A stretch of 20,000 bases of DNA from Rotaria socialis (Eukaryota): positions 354,423 through 374,422 of the forward strand of contig CAJNYD010000005.1 in NCBI GenBank assembly GCA_905331295.1, written 5' to 3'. Of this stretch, positions 1 through 12,155 are shown in pieces. Each line of letters begins with the position of its first letter. The stretch's first letter is position 1. Position numbers and translations under genes: made by a program. Below the pieces are notes generated by a model. The model was not told where the DNA came from and made no database searches. It worked only from the letters and a program-made list of their open reading frames with translations.

Positions 1-2475
1 TTTCTCGATAGTTCACCAATAAATTTTTGTAACAAACTTTCCATGTTCGTATTTCAGTATCTATTATCAAAGTAGCATCTGTTTTAGATGTATTATGCAT
101 TTTTTCCCCTCAAATTATAGTCATACGGTCAAAGAAACATAAATTAACTGTATCGTGAAGTAATACGTGCTGGAAACTATTAAAGTATTTTTCGACTCAG
201 TCAGCATAGCACGATATTCTGTCTGATTCTACAATTATCTAAACAATTGTTTTTCGGAGTTGTCAAGTAAAAATAACATTCTTTTGATATATTGACTGTT
301 TTTACTTGAACTTGAGAACAACACATCAGTATTTAAACTGAAATTCAAAAGTGTCTGTAGCGCTTATATTTGCTTGCAATAAGAAACAATATCTTTTTAA
401 ATATTTTCAATGTCTTTTAGAATAATAATCCAGTATTCTTGTGAACAAAAGGCATGTTAAGTATTAAAATTTATTCAAATACTTCAAGATTCAACAAGAT
501 TTTTTTATATTTTCAACTAAGGTCATGAAAAATAAGAGATGTTATATTTAGAAATATTTTATGTTTAAATACATATGAAGACTCTCGAAATTACTATTAG
601 AACACATATTTTCATCCTCAATGTAATAGCATCAAGGTAAACATTCGAGGTGGTCTCAGATATATACGAGAGAAATCATTGAGTAACATTGTCTATATAA
701 CTAAATAAATTCTATTGATGATTACCAATTGCAATAAAGTAACAATCGGGAGTGATTTGCAGAACATGGATCTCAATTGACGAAGATTCTATTAATTCAT
801 TGTAGAAAACCGAATGAAAATCATCGCCTGTAGATATTGATCATAATTGTCAAGAAGCTGTAATAATGAAAACAAATGATATATAGGTACTTTTCGAAGC
901 TCACGAGAGCTATTCAGCTTAAGAGACAAAAGTTTATTATATTTACACATTCAGAAAAAACATCAAGTACATTTTGGCGTACTTTATTTATGGTACAAAA
1001 GTTTTTTTCGCACTTGAGTAGGCCTAGAAGTCCCATCTTTGTTAGTGATATGCATCTCCGATAATTTCATCCAAACGGACAGGAAAAAACCTACAGGTAG
1101 GAGAAAAAATATTTTAGACACCAAACTTTTATATTTAATTTGAAAATTGATTGCTAATAAGCCTTTGAAATAAAGATATGACTGACGAATAATACTGAAT
1201 AATTACATCTGTGACAGATACATTCAATGAGAGAAAATATATTTACTAAAATTATCTTATAGAAATAACTCAACGACTTTGCTTACCGGCATAGTATTCA
1301 TATAATTACAATAGTATTGAAATCAGGCTTTAAAACCAGCAGACATATTATGCACAGCTTTTCTCAAACAGTAGAAAGATGTTGTATCTTCGCTTTCATA
1401 GTGTATGTTTTAGAGTTAGGAAAATAAGCTATTTCGTTGTGATTGATGCGTCTGATTGTTGAAGATACCTATGACCATCAGGATAAAGTATCAACTCGGA
1501 AATCAAACTTATTGATAAAATTGTTATCGTGCCACCTTTTCAAAGCTAAAACATGAAACGCAAACGGTTAATTGTTATTAATCAGATGCAAATTATTTTA
1601 TTCGATCGATTTAAGGACACTTTCCATTGGCATTCTCTTGCTTAATTGTCTAGAAATTCAATGAAACACTGATTCTAGTTCATATATCAATAACATATAC
1701 AGCAGTCTGTGACACGAATATAAACGTCTATCATCATCTATCAACGACAGGAGATTCATATGTGTACCTTTTGATTCAACACCACTTCTAGATCGTTTTC
1801 CATAAAAAGTAATGAAAGGTATGTGGAATAATTAAGAGTTGAAGCGACGACTATTATCGTTCACACGAACTGATGATTATATTATATATATATATTATCT
1901 TCTACCTTTCAAAGTTTAATTGCTATGAAATCTAGCTATGAAAACAATATTATGTAAATTAAAAACGACATTTAAAATAATCTATGGAGAAAATCACAAA
2001 GATTGACAAGACAGATTTTATTTTTCAGCAAAACGACAATGCTAATTTCAAATGTATATACATTATCCAAGACAACAGCTATTGAAAAAAACGTACATCG
2101 ATAAGACTGAAAAGATCGCCATAAAGCAATACCAATTTTATAAACCTGATAATCATCGATGTTCTCTCGAACAACTCCATAAAACAAAAGAAACAAAAAT
2201 AAGAGATAACAAATACTTAACATTATACGAATACTACATTTCTTTTTTTTATGATACAAATCAATGCAATAAATGATAAAATTTCGTACTTCATTTAAAT
2301 AGTAGAAATTCAGTATGTCAAAGTCAGAATATTATTTTAGCTACTTAGTTGACCACAAACTTTTGAATCAGGTAATTTGTTTGATTCAATATCTATCGTA
2401 TTTTGACATTTACTAGTATATTTAATCACTATCTAGAAGTTAATATTTATCTTCTTCTAAATAATAATCTTATCA

Positions 2476-3759
2476 ATGGCCGATGACGAAGAAAATGATC
2501 CAACAGCACCATTTAATGAATTAGAAGCATTTGATTCTCTTTGGGAAGCTTTAACATGGAAACAAATTAAAAAACGTGTTCCTATATGTGCTCAAAAAAC
2601 ACTTTACAATCGATACTTTTTAGCTAATCTTGTTTATCTTGTAAGTAAATAGTTCAAGTAAATTTTACCTTTATTCTTAAAAACTCCTATTCAGATCTAT
2701 GCAATTGGTATTCTCTTAATCGATTTTTATCCAAGATCCTATCCTGACGAAGGATCAGAGAACGAAACCTGCACTAATTATTCTAGTGAATACACTTATG
2801 ATGAAAATTGTACTGAGCCGGAACGCGAATTTAGTTTGGAAAATAGACTGTATATTGGTGAGTAATAATAATGAAAATATGAAAACAATATTCATCATTC
2901 AAAATTTAATCTATGTTCAAGGCTTAGGAGTAATACATCTGGTTTCTGCTACATTGTATTGGTGGGCATGGAGAGGTAATCAGATGATGCTTTCTTGTTC
3001 ATTGCTTTGATGTCTTCGTAAAATAGATCATCGCTGGAATGATGTTATTATGATACCGGAATATTTAAATCATATTGAAGCAGCTTTATATTTATGGAGT
3101 GCTATATGGTATGTAAGAGAAGAAACATGCGGTTTGTATGGTTATGGTTACTATACTACAAGAATTCATATAATTGAAACTGTAGCAGCATTTGTTGAAT
3201 TATTTGCATCATTTGGATGGTGAGTTGAGTTTGAACAAGGGATAAGACAATGTTTTTTTTTAATTTTTTTTTTGAACTTAGGATCATGTCTTGGTATCGA
3301 ACATATACACGTGCCATTTGCCGTGGTTTTACATTTGATGATCCTGATACAGTTGCATATACATTGACAACATTAAGTTCATTTATTTACATAACCTACA
3401 ACATTCAAATATTACAAAATCCAGAATTGTATGAGTTGAACGGCATTTATACTAATGGTGACATTATTTATTCTGTTGGCGCTTTTTTTTATCTATGGGC
3501 AAATTTGCGTGACGATGGTTGGCTATGGTGGTTACCTGTTGGTGGACAGTATGGACTTGCAGCAGGAAGAATTCAAATTGGAAAACCTGTTAAAGTTGGT
3601 TTACCTCATCTATTAATTGGTGGAGGTGACCCATGTGCAAACTGTTGTCGTTCACCTTTTAAAAATAATTTAGTCATAGTAAATAATGATGTAGTACCTC
3701 TAGATGAAAAACAAAATGCAACCAACAATAATACCAAAGATGCTGTAAATCGCGTATAA
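2476..3759 (+). CDS. Uncharacterised multi-pass (about 6 TM) membrane protein, 350 aa, 5 exons: 2476-2640, 2695-2857, 2922-2975, 3027-3219, 3282-3759
   Basis: ATG at 2476 (MADDEENDPTAPF...). Four GT-AG introns of 54, 64, 51 and 62 nt with matching phases (0,1,1,2). The spliced length of 1053 nt is 351 codons with no internal stop, ending at TAA 3757-3759. The last exon is the listed ORF 3250-3759. Six hydrophobic segments (FLANLVYLIYAIGILLI, LYIGLGVIHLVSATLYWWAW, YLNHIEAALYLWSAIWY, IIETVAAFVELFASFGWIMSW, VAYTLTTLSSFIYITYNI, GDIIYSVGAFFYLWANL). An alternative in-frame acceptor could start exon 3 at 2928. Confidence 0.85.
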
Positions 3760-6700
3760 TTTGATTCTTTTGTTTTCTAAATATTCTTAGAATTTTTAAG
3801 TAGTTTTTTTTTATGACGATTAGTGTATATGAAAGTATTTATCTTAAATAAAATATTAAATTAAAGGTATTTCATGCAATAGAAATTAAAGAGCATTTTT
3901 ATTCCGAAAATATCGAAGTCAGCAGATACATTAAACACGACTTCAAAAATACATTTTACATTAAAAGTTTATGTCATTGAAGATATTCTGATAAAATAAA
4001 AAATTTCACTAGTAAACCAGTGAGTTTCTCTTAGAGTAGAGTCGACTCAAATATTTAAACTTTTAAATTGATAAATATTGGAAAATCACTAACGTTTAAT
4101 TATTTCATTTTTTTTAGAATACGTAAATTCATGAGATGAAAATGTTAAAAAAATAATGGAAGTATTGCAATAATTCTTTGCTATGAAATGTCTTGTATGA
4201 ACTAAAAGTTTATTATGACGATGTACGATCAGTTCTGGTCGCCGTAATGCTCGACCTGTGTATCTTTGTTCACATATTGTTCTGAGAAAAAAGACTTTAT
4301 ATTTATTAATATGAAATCACATATCACTCAATTGTGAGCTTTTATACTTTTAGCTGTACTGGTTGTTGTTTATGAAACACAAAAATCAAGTTCGTATAGA
4401 AATCTACAAAAATCAACGAAACATTAGTAGCTACATATGTAGACTATGGCCGATAAATAAAAGAAATGTGACACACAGCTGTGTTCTAGAATGATATTGG
4501 CTTCTATTAGTACTGTACATATTCATCGGTTTAATCAACCATTTTCTTCATAGTCTATGACTGGAGAGTCTGATGAGCTATCGAGTTGACTATACATTCT
4601 ATCGTCGATTTTTTGAACTCGATGAAACTCAAAATGATTGGGTCCAGCTTTTTCAAAAAATCAATCTGTTTTTTCTCATGTTAAGCAGCTTTCGAACGAG
4701 ATCACGGTGGCCTTTTTCTATGTTAATACCAGGCCGTTTTGTTGAGACATACATCAAACGAGATTCATCTATAACCTATTGGACAACCAGAATGCACTGC
4801 AAACCTTCATATTTCTTTTAAAAGACAATATTAGGTAGATGAATTCAATAAAGTTCTTTTTTTAGATTTGGAAGGTTTGATTGAATGAAAAAGGTGGCAA
4901 ATTGTTGAGTTGTTGTTTTTCAATACTGGACTTATCATCTTTTTCTTTCAATCAAAAAGTAAGAATTTATAAGAAAAGAAGTGCTGTCAAATCCTTCCAT
5001 CCGACATTCTATTTGAAAATATAATCTATAGAATGAAGACTTACCAAGAATTTTGGACTACTCAATAAGCCATATTAAACAATGGTTTGATAAATATCTG
5101 ATGAAAAAATTATGATATAAAGCAAAAAGTTTCACTATAGTCTGTTTACAACAATCTAAACATATCAAGCGATTTGAATTATCACGCCCAGAAATCAATT
5201 TTTAACCAGATTCAATTTTCATGACGGAAAATGTCTGCAATTTTTAGACTAGTATCGTGATACCTAGAAAGCTTAAGGTCGCATTAACTTGAAATTTTCA
5301 TGTTTATTACATTAAAAATAACAGGGAACTGAACAGTAGAGCACTGCCAAATAACATGTGTCCCAGAGAATAATTGAACCTCGCAGTACTGAACCAATAT
5401 CTTTGTCAATTTTCATCATTCAGACTTAGTTTCTTTTTAGTAAAATACTTCTCATTCAATTCTCGACAAAACTGTATAAAACGTTTTAACGTAAAAATGA
5501 ATCGTGAAAATTCTACGCTACAAATTATAAGACATCAAAATGACCGATTCCGTAAATCTGTTTTGTCAGTTTGCAGTATCCTCGCTGCCAGTGTGAGATG
5601 TGTAAGATACAAACAAACCAAATGAGTCATTGTATAGCTCTCGAAAAGTTCTTTCTCGATGGGAATTAAAAATTCCTTTCGAAGCTTTAACTCTCGTGTA
5701 GCCAACCTTTTTCTTTTCCATATATTTCGAATTTTTTCGCTCGAATTCGGCGTTAGCTGGGAAAACGCCTGCACCTATGTCCTAAACTAACTTATTATGA
5801 TAAAATGCTGTTGCTGCTTTGAAAGTAAATGATTAGCTTACCAGGCCTACGCAACGGTCTGGTGTTTATTGTATGTTTTGTAGAAAACATATGGGGCGAG
5901 AACACGAATTTCGATGATTCCACATCGTTTCGTAAGAAATATCGTCATTTGTACATTGCTATCCTTTTTAAACGACCTTCACCAAAGGTCACAAGAAGAC
6001 ATTTGAGAATATTGAAAAAGTATAAAATGAACATAACTCGGTGCCTGTCTAATTAGAGGCAAGATATGATTCATTTTTAGAAAAAAATTCTGTTACAAAA
6101 ACTATCATTTTGGTGTCTTATAGTCTCTAACGTAGAATTTTTCACGACTCCTTTTTATATTCAATCGTTTTCCATAGTTTTATTGAGAATTGAATGAAGA
6201 ATATTGTGGTAAAAAAAATAAAACCTGTGTGGCGACAATTGAGAGATTCATTTATTTTCGGATATCCGCTACTTTGTAATTAACAATTTTCTATTATTCG
6301 GAGTCCAAAGTTCCATAGGAAATAATCTTTGTTGAAATGGCATCTTCAACATAATAATATCAAGAAAATATTGTTCAAGAATGATCAATTACTAGATAAT
6401 TTTATTAGTAAATCAATAACAGATGTAATATCTTTATTTTTGGATTATTATCATTGATATAAAAATTTCTTTTTTCATTACTTTGAGAGATTTTAAGTAA
6501 AGTTATTTAAAGAAATATTGAATGTAAATATTATTTCTAGTTCAATGTATAAAAGAAATTTTTGTCGAACATTCCATTAGAGTTATATGGAATATTTTGA
6601 ATATTGATGATAAACAGAATACAATTATCAGTTAGGTGTCATGCTAAAATGTATACAACATATCAGTCATATTTCCACACCATTCTTGACTATGATTGAT

Positions 6701-6896
6701 AACTTCAAAATAAATAGACTTGGATCTGCTTTACATCAGTTAATTACAGTATCATTAAAAATTAATTATTCTTACTCAACTTATAATAAACTGAATCATG
6801 AACCATCTGACTTGACGTTCATTGATTATATTTGTAAAATAAAATCTGAATGAATATTGTCAATTATCTTTGATCGCTCTCCCGTCTTATAGCAGA

Positions 6897-6938
<42 letters not shown>
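6897..6938. repeat. (AAT)14 microsatellite in the presumed MLCK 3' UTR
   Basis: A perfect 42-bp trinucleotide run about 320 nt downstream of the MLCK stop codon. Confidence 0.95.
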
Positions 6939-6940
<2 letters not shown>

Positions 6941-7258
6941 AAAGATAAAAAAAAAGAATCCGAACAAAGAAAAAAGAATAATGTACACAGAAGAAGACAA
7001 GTATTACATCCATACGCTCTATTCTCTGGGCGAACAAATTGAATTGATCCACAGGTAACAACAGCGAGAAAATAAAAAAATAAAAATGAACAAACAATAA
7101 GAATACAGCCGTTATCATATACTGATGTTGAGGATGTTCAAGTGTAATACAATAAGCAATTTGTGAAAGACGCGCGACTGAAAAAAGAAAAGCAGAAGAG
7201 GATCTATGTGCGAATAATTGATACTTTCAAACAATGAATATAGCGGTGTCGTACATAT

Positions 7259-10200
7259 TCACAACGTCATTCCCATTCGTTGCAATGCTAGCAATGCATT
7301 AACCGCTTTCTAAAAAATAAAATCGATTTTTGGAAAACAAATTAAAACAGAAATAATCTTTTTTAACCTGCCAACGTCGTCTGATAACAAATCTTCGCAA
7401 TTTTTTAGTTGATAGTTTCTTTTCGGCTGTTTCTTCATCGCTTGGAATAGATACTAATTTAGGTCGACGTGTTAACCATGGATGAACAAGACATTGTCTT
7501 GCTGAAAGACGCTTACTAGACAGAAAAGAAAAATTAATTAAAATAAATACTTTTTTACAAATTTATTTTTGATATAAAATTCATACTCTTTATCTTTGAC
7601 AAGTAATTTTGAAATAAAATCTTTCGCTTCTTTAGATATGTCCGTAAATGATTCATCTTCAAAATCATAATTAGCTCGATTGATGTTAGCATATGTATCA
7701 TTATCATTTTCACCCATAAATGGACTTAAACCAGATAATCTAATAAAAGAAACCAAAATATTCTACATAAATCTTCTGTTTTAATTTTATCAACTAACTT
7801 ACAAAACATAACAAATAACTCCAACCGACCTAAAACAAAAATTAAAAGAGAAAATGAATAAATTAAAATAAATTGTTATTTAATAATCCTACCACATATC
7901 GGTGCCAAATCCAACTCTATCGAAATTAATAACTTCGGGTGCTACAAATTCAGGTGTACCAAATAAAACTTTTAACTGTTTACTGGGATCAAATTTTCTA
8001 GCAAGACCAAAATCAATAATCTTAATTCGATGACCATTTCGATTAACACATAAAATATTTTCTGGCTTCAAAAGAAAAATGGCAGAATTCTTTTATAAAC
8101 CTTTGAAATTAACACCATATACCTTCATATCAAGATGAATTATATTTGATGAATGCATAAAACAGACGCCTTCACATATTTGCATCATATATAATTCACA
8201 AAGACGTTCTGTTAATATAAAATCATCATCAATAACACGTTCAAATAATTCTCCACCACTAATTCTAAATAAAAACGGATGTTGTTTTTTTTCATTTTCG
8301 ATGAAAAATCTATGTTCTCTTTACAATTCCATTACAAGACAAAAAGTTCCTTTTGTTTCAAAAGCATCATAAAGTTGAAGAAGACGTGGATGTTGTAGGG
8401 CTTTCATTATTTCAATTTCATTTAATGCTTCAATACGATCTTGTTCTTTGTTTATTTGAATAAATTTAGCTGCTAGATAATGCTGCGTTGATTTTTCACG
8501 ACATTTTTTAACTTCACCAAATTTTCCTCTAAATTTAAAAATAATTTTTTTTAAATTGAAACTTCTTATTTTTGTTGTGGTTCCTTTATTTTACCTTCCA
8601 AGAATTTCCATAAGTTCATATTCATCGGTAACTAATTTATTTTTCTTTACTGCTACAATACGTGGTGAAAATGGTGGATCAACATCTAGAACATGTAAAC
8701 ACAAATATATATATATATATAAATATATGTATGAATGATTGATCTCGTTTGTAAGACTATTTTTGTTCTTATTATTACCATCTTCTAATACGACGTCATG
8801 ATATGGATGATGACCATGCTGTTGAATTACGTCAGGCCTAAAAGAACGTACAAACTGTATTTATTTCACAATATCTATCTCTTGTGAACTTACATAGAAA
8901 CTGATTCTCTGATAAAAGGAAAAGAGGGAAAAGCCTTTTGTTTTAGTGTTTTATTACAGTATAAATCTAGTATCAAAAACGTTCATTATCACACAAACGA
9001 GAAGAATAGAACGAATACAGAAAAGAGAATTAAAAAGAAATAATAGACATCAAAGATTATGGTGTATATATATATAGAAATATCTTTGTACAAGCTGTAA
9101 TAGATAACATCATATCACATAAGCGAGAGAGTAATGCAATGTCTGACATGTAGATGAGATTACTGAATAACAAGTTGACGTTTATGAGTCAAAATATGTA
9201 CGAAACTATTTTGTAAGAAATCAAAGAACATGTTAGTAATTCTAATAGAACTATTGACGCATACTTATGAAAATATTTATATCTGTTTTGTTTTTATTTG
9301 ATACAAATAATAAAATAATCGAACAAGCCATAAATAGTTTTTCTTTCTTTGTATATTATAATTATTATTATTAAAAGGCATTGATAGGATTTTCCTTATT
9401 GATTAACTTACTGTAGTATATAAGGGAACAGGGCGAATTTGGGATTTTGGGATTTTTTTGGAATTTTTGGGATTTTCAAAATCCAAAAATCCAAAATGTG
9501 AATGATGGAATTTCCATCTGAATTTTTTCCCATATGTAGGTCTCATGATCCTTAGAATATTCTAAAATTTTCAGCGCAAACAGATGTTTCCTTCTCAAGA
9601 TAACGAATGCGCAAGAAATACTCATTTCACGGCGCGGTCAGAAAATCCAGTTTTTTTGAAAATTCAATATTTTAAGAAGGAAACATATGTTCGAGTTGAA
9701 ACTTTTAGGATCTTTTATGGACCATGAAACCTATATGGGATGAATTTCAGGTCGAAACTACGTCATTCACAGAGAGAAAAATGCTTTTCAATTTATGGGA
9801 TTTTGGGATTTTCAAAATCCCAAAAATCCGCCTTTTCCCCCTTGGTAGTATATATGTATGATTAGTCGTGTGTATCATTAGTCAGTAAATGTATCTGTAT
9901 TTTGTTACCCGTAAAGTCGAATGAGTGAATCTCTTTTGTATTTTAATGGTAAATTTGTATTTATAGCTATAATTTCTGTTATTGAACTTTGTGACACACT
10001 TGTCTCTGATAGAATTATATCAGTATTCGATAATTGACAATATTGATCAACTAAAATAACATCGGCTGAGCAAAAACGATTTTTTAATATAGATGCTTGT
10101 GGTTGTTGCTGTTCAAGATCTTCATTGATTGGACATAACGGTAGAATAGTCAATGGTACTGAAGGAATTGTACGCGTGAATGTAGTAATCGGTGGGAAAG

Positions 10201-11047
10201 GTGAATTGGCTCGTTTAAACGATGTTACATTAGAAATAAACTGACGTTGTTTTTGAGTTGAAGCTATAGTTGGACGAGCAAAACCAGGAGGTGACGGAGT
10301 ATTCGATGATGATGAACATGACGATGAACAAGTTGAATCTGTTGTTGCACTTGTACTTGAACGTGACAATGTTACAGACTCATTATTACCATTATTAATT
10401 ACTGAAACTATTCTATGCATGGCACAATCAGTATTACTTTCAATATGTTCTGTCTTTTGTTGTTGATGTTGATGTTGAGACACTTGTTTAAGCTGAGACC
10501 CTGTTTTTGTAAAAGTATTTTTTGGACTAGCAGGAGGTGGAGTAGGTCGATTATGATTAGTTATTTTTTCACAAATAATAATTGGTTGCGGTTTATTAGT
10601 ATTGTTATTCTTTTTTGGCCTAAACGTTTTGGGAGAGGCAGTTTCAACGACCACAATAGGCGGAGTTCGTGAAGAATTTTCATTTGTTTTTGAACCTTCC
10701 CATTGTTTAATAAAAACGCTACGAATAGGAGAAGATACCTTGGAATGATTATTCATTGATGCAGCCGCTTGAGATTCAAATTGACGAATTATATTAGCAA
10801 CTCGAGACGAAAATACACGGTTCTCAAAGAGTTGACATCGAATTTTTAAATGAGCGGGTGTTGATTCGACTAGTGAGATCGATGATTGTGAAAGCTTTAA
10901 ATTTGATAATAATGGTGGAGATAATGGTGCAGGTGTGGATCGCAGAAAAAAAGGGGTTGACAGCTTTTTATTGTGACTATTCGTCGTCGTCGCCGTCGTC
11001 AAATCGTTCACGGATGTCCAACGTTGGATGAACGTTGATGATGACAT
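7259..11047 (-). CDS. MYLK: Myosin light chain kinase (MYLK / Drosophila sqa-like, CAMK group), isoform with proximal first exon, about 733 aa. Exons 11047-9909, 8908-8894, 8837-8779, 8685-8595, 8528-8325, 8264-8123, 8065-7893, 7829-7803, 7739-7587, 7515-7368, 7309-7259
   Basis: The spliced translation contains a complete kinase domain: LGRGKFGEV, AAKFI, GGELFERV, HLDMKPENIL, IKIIDFGLARKFDP, VLFGTPEFVAPEVINFD, TDMWSVGVICYVLLSGLSPFMGEND. It is followed by the MLCK-type autoinhibitory/calmodulin-binding segment KKLSTKKLRRFVIRRRWQKAVNALLALQRM and TGA at 7261-7259. All introns are GT-AG and phase-consistent. The kinase exons are high confidence; joining the 9909 exon rests on a phase-2 donor (TAC GG|gtaac) overlapping the ORF stop. 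Confidence 0.9.
7803..7829 (-). other. 27-nt microexon of MLCK encoding kinase subdomain IX (W-SVGVICYV-L)
   Basis: ttttgttttag|GTCGGTTGGAGTTATTTGTTATGTTTT|gtaagt. It is required to complete DMWSVGVICYVLLSG. Confidence 0.92.
8894..8908 (-). other. 15-nt symmetric (phase 2/2) microexon of MLCK
   Basis: Minus strand reads ttttccctcttttccttttatcag|AGAATCAGTTTCTAT|gtaagt: a long pyrimidine tract, a consensus donor and a preserved frame (xESVSM). Confidence 0.7.
9421..9844. mobile_element. Non-autonomous DNA transposon (MITE), hAT- or P-type, 424 bp, in an MLCK intron
   Basis: Perfect 8-bp target-site duplication GTAGTATA at 9413-9420 and 9845-9852. Imperfect TIRs: TAAGGGAACAGGGCGAATTTGGGATTTTG versus the reverse complement of the right end, CAAGGGGGAAAAGGCGGATTTTTGGGATTTTG. 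Clustered subterminal GGGATTTT/AAAATCC motifs. No ORF. Confidence 0.85.
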
Positions 11048-12155
11048 TTTTCTCTCTCTCACTCTCTCTCGCTTTTTTTTCTTTCTATGTTCAATATAGA
11101 ACAGCAAAAACTTATTACAGCAACGAGCATATCACCATGTTGATCGGTATCATCGACTACGACGACAATAATAATAAAGGAGAAGAAGAAGAAGAACTAC
11201 GTAACATAGTACGCACGTGCATTTGTGTGCGTCAACTTCAACCTCATGCACAAATTGTATAAAAATATTCGTCGGTTACTCGAAGGAGAAATCAACCGTA
11301 TGTGTGTAGGTATTTCAGAAAAAAAGGAAAAAGAAAGAACGGATAAAAAAAACCGAATTGAACATATAATAAAATAATGATAATGATTCTGTACAAAAAC
11401 AGAACGAAAAGAAAATATAATAATGAAAAATGTATGATTCAAAGAGACACTATTATCACACAATGTTTTGCATAGTATTCATGTATTTTTAATACTATAA
11501 TAAAAGATTATCTATTTCGACTCGACTTTATTCAAATATTTGATTATATTAAAATAAATAAATAATAGGATGAAAGAAAGAAACAAGAATTTTTTTACTA
11601 AATAACTGACTTGAAATAAAGCCGTCTATTGCCTTCTTTCATGTCTAGTTGTGTCCTTCAATACTCTTCTATTTGGTTTGTTAACATTGATTTTCTCCCA
11701 TGTGAGTCATTAGATACAAGTGTATGTGCTCGATTGTCCGCGAATAAAGGTCGTATTATTATGCATAATTCACAAGCCAAGGTCAAGGCTTGTCTTTGAA
11801 GTGATGACGGCGAATTCAACAAATTCTTTTCTTTTCGATATCGAAATTATATTTTATATTTATCTTTGTTTCTTTTTTCACAAGAGAAGAAAGAAAACAG
11901 TATATTAGAAAGTGTCATATTACACATTGAGAAAGAAAATATTAGGAAAAAAATGTATTTTTATCTGTATTTGGGCGACAGCGACAAACAGGCATATCCA
12001 TACAGATAATGCGCATAAAGAAATCAAATAATCGAACAATTATAGATATCTATTTCGATAAATTTTGTTTTCGTCTCCAAGTATTATCTTGCTGAGAATT
12101 AGAATTAACAAGGTAATCTTCTATGAAAATATTAGGAAAAAGAATTTTATCTTAC

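Noticed and set aside
1..2300. Short ORFs (876-1064, 1972-2259, 2052-2276) and transposon-like text near 950-1130
   Set aside because: I found no domain, splice structure, paired TIR or TSD.
2372..2436. Possible 5' UTR intron of the membrane-protein gene (cag|gtaatt...tctag)
   Set aside because: The size and signals are plausible but cannot be tested without transcripts, since there is no reading-frame constraint.
5200..6300. Short ORFs and possible degraded MITE fragments
   Set aside because: I could not define paired termini or a TSD by eye; a repeat-library search is needed.
6864..7118. ORFs 6864-7118 (-) and 6870-7058 (+) with poly-Ile/poly-Asn
   Set aside because: Both are by-products of the (AAT)14 microsatellite and A-rich 3' UTR sequence.
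9440..9830. GGGATTTT repeats as telomeric repeats, a CRISPR array or NF-kB sites
   Set aside because: They are irregular, lack spacers and sit symmetrically inside TIRs, so they are best explained as subterminal transposon motifs.
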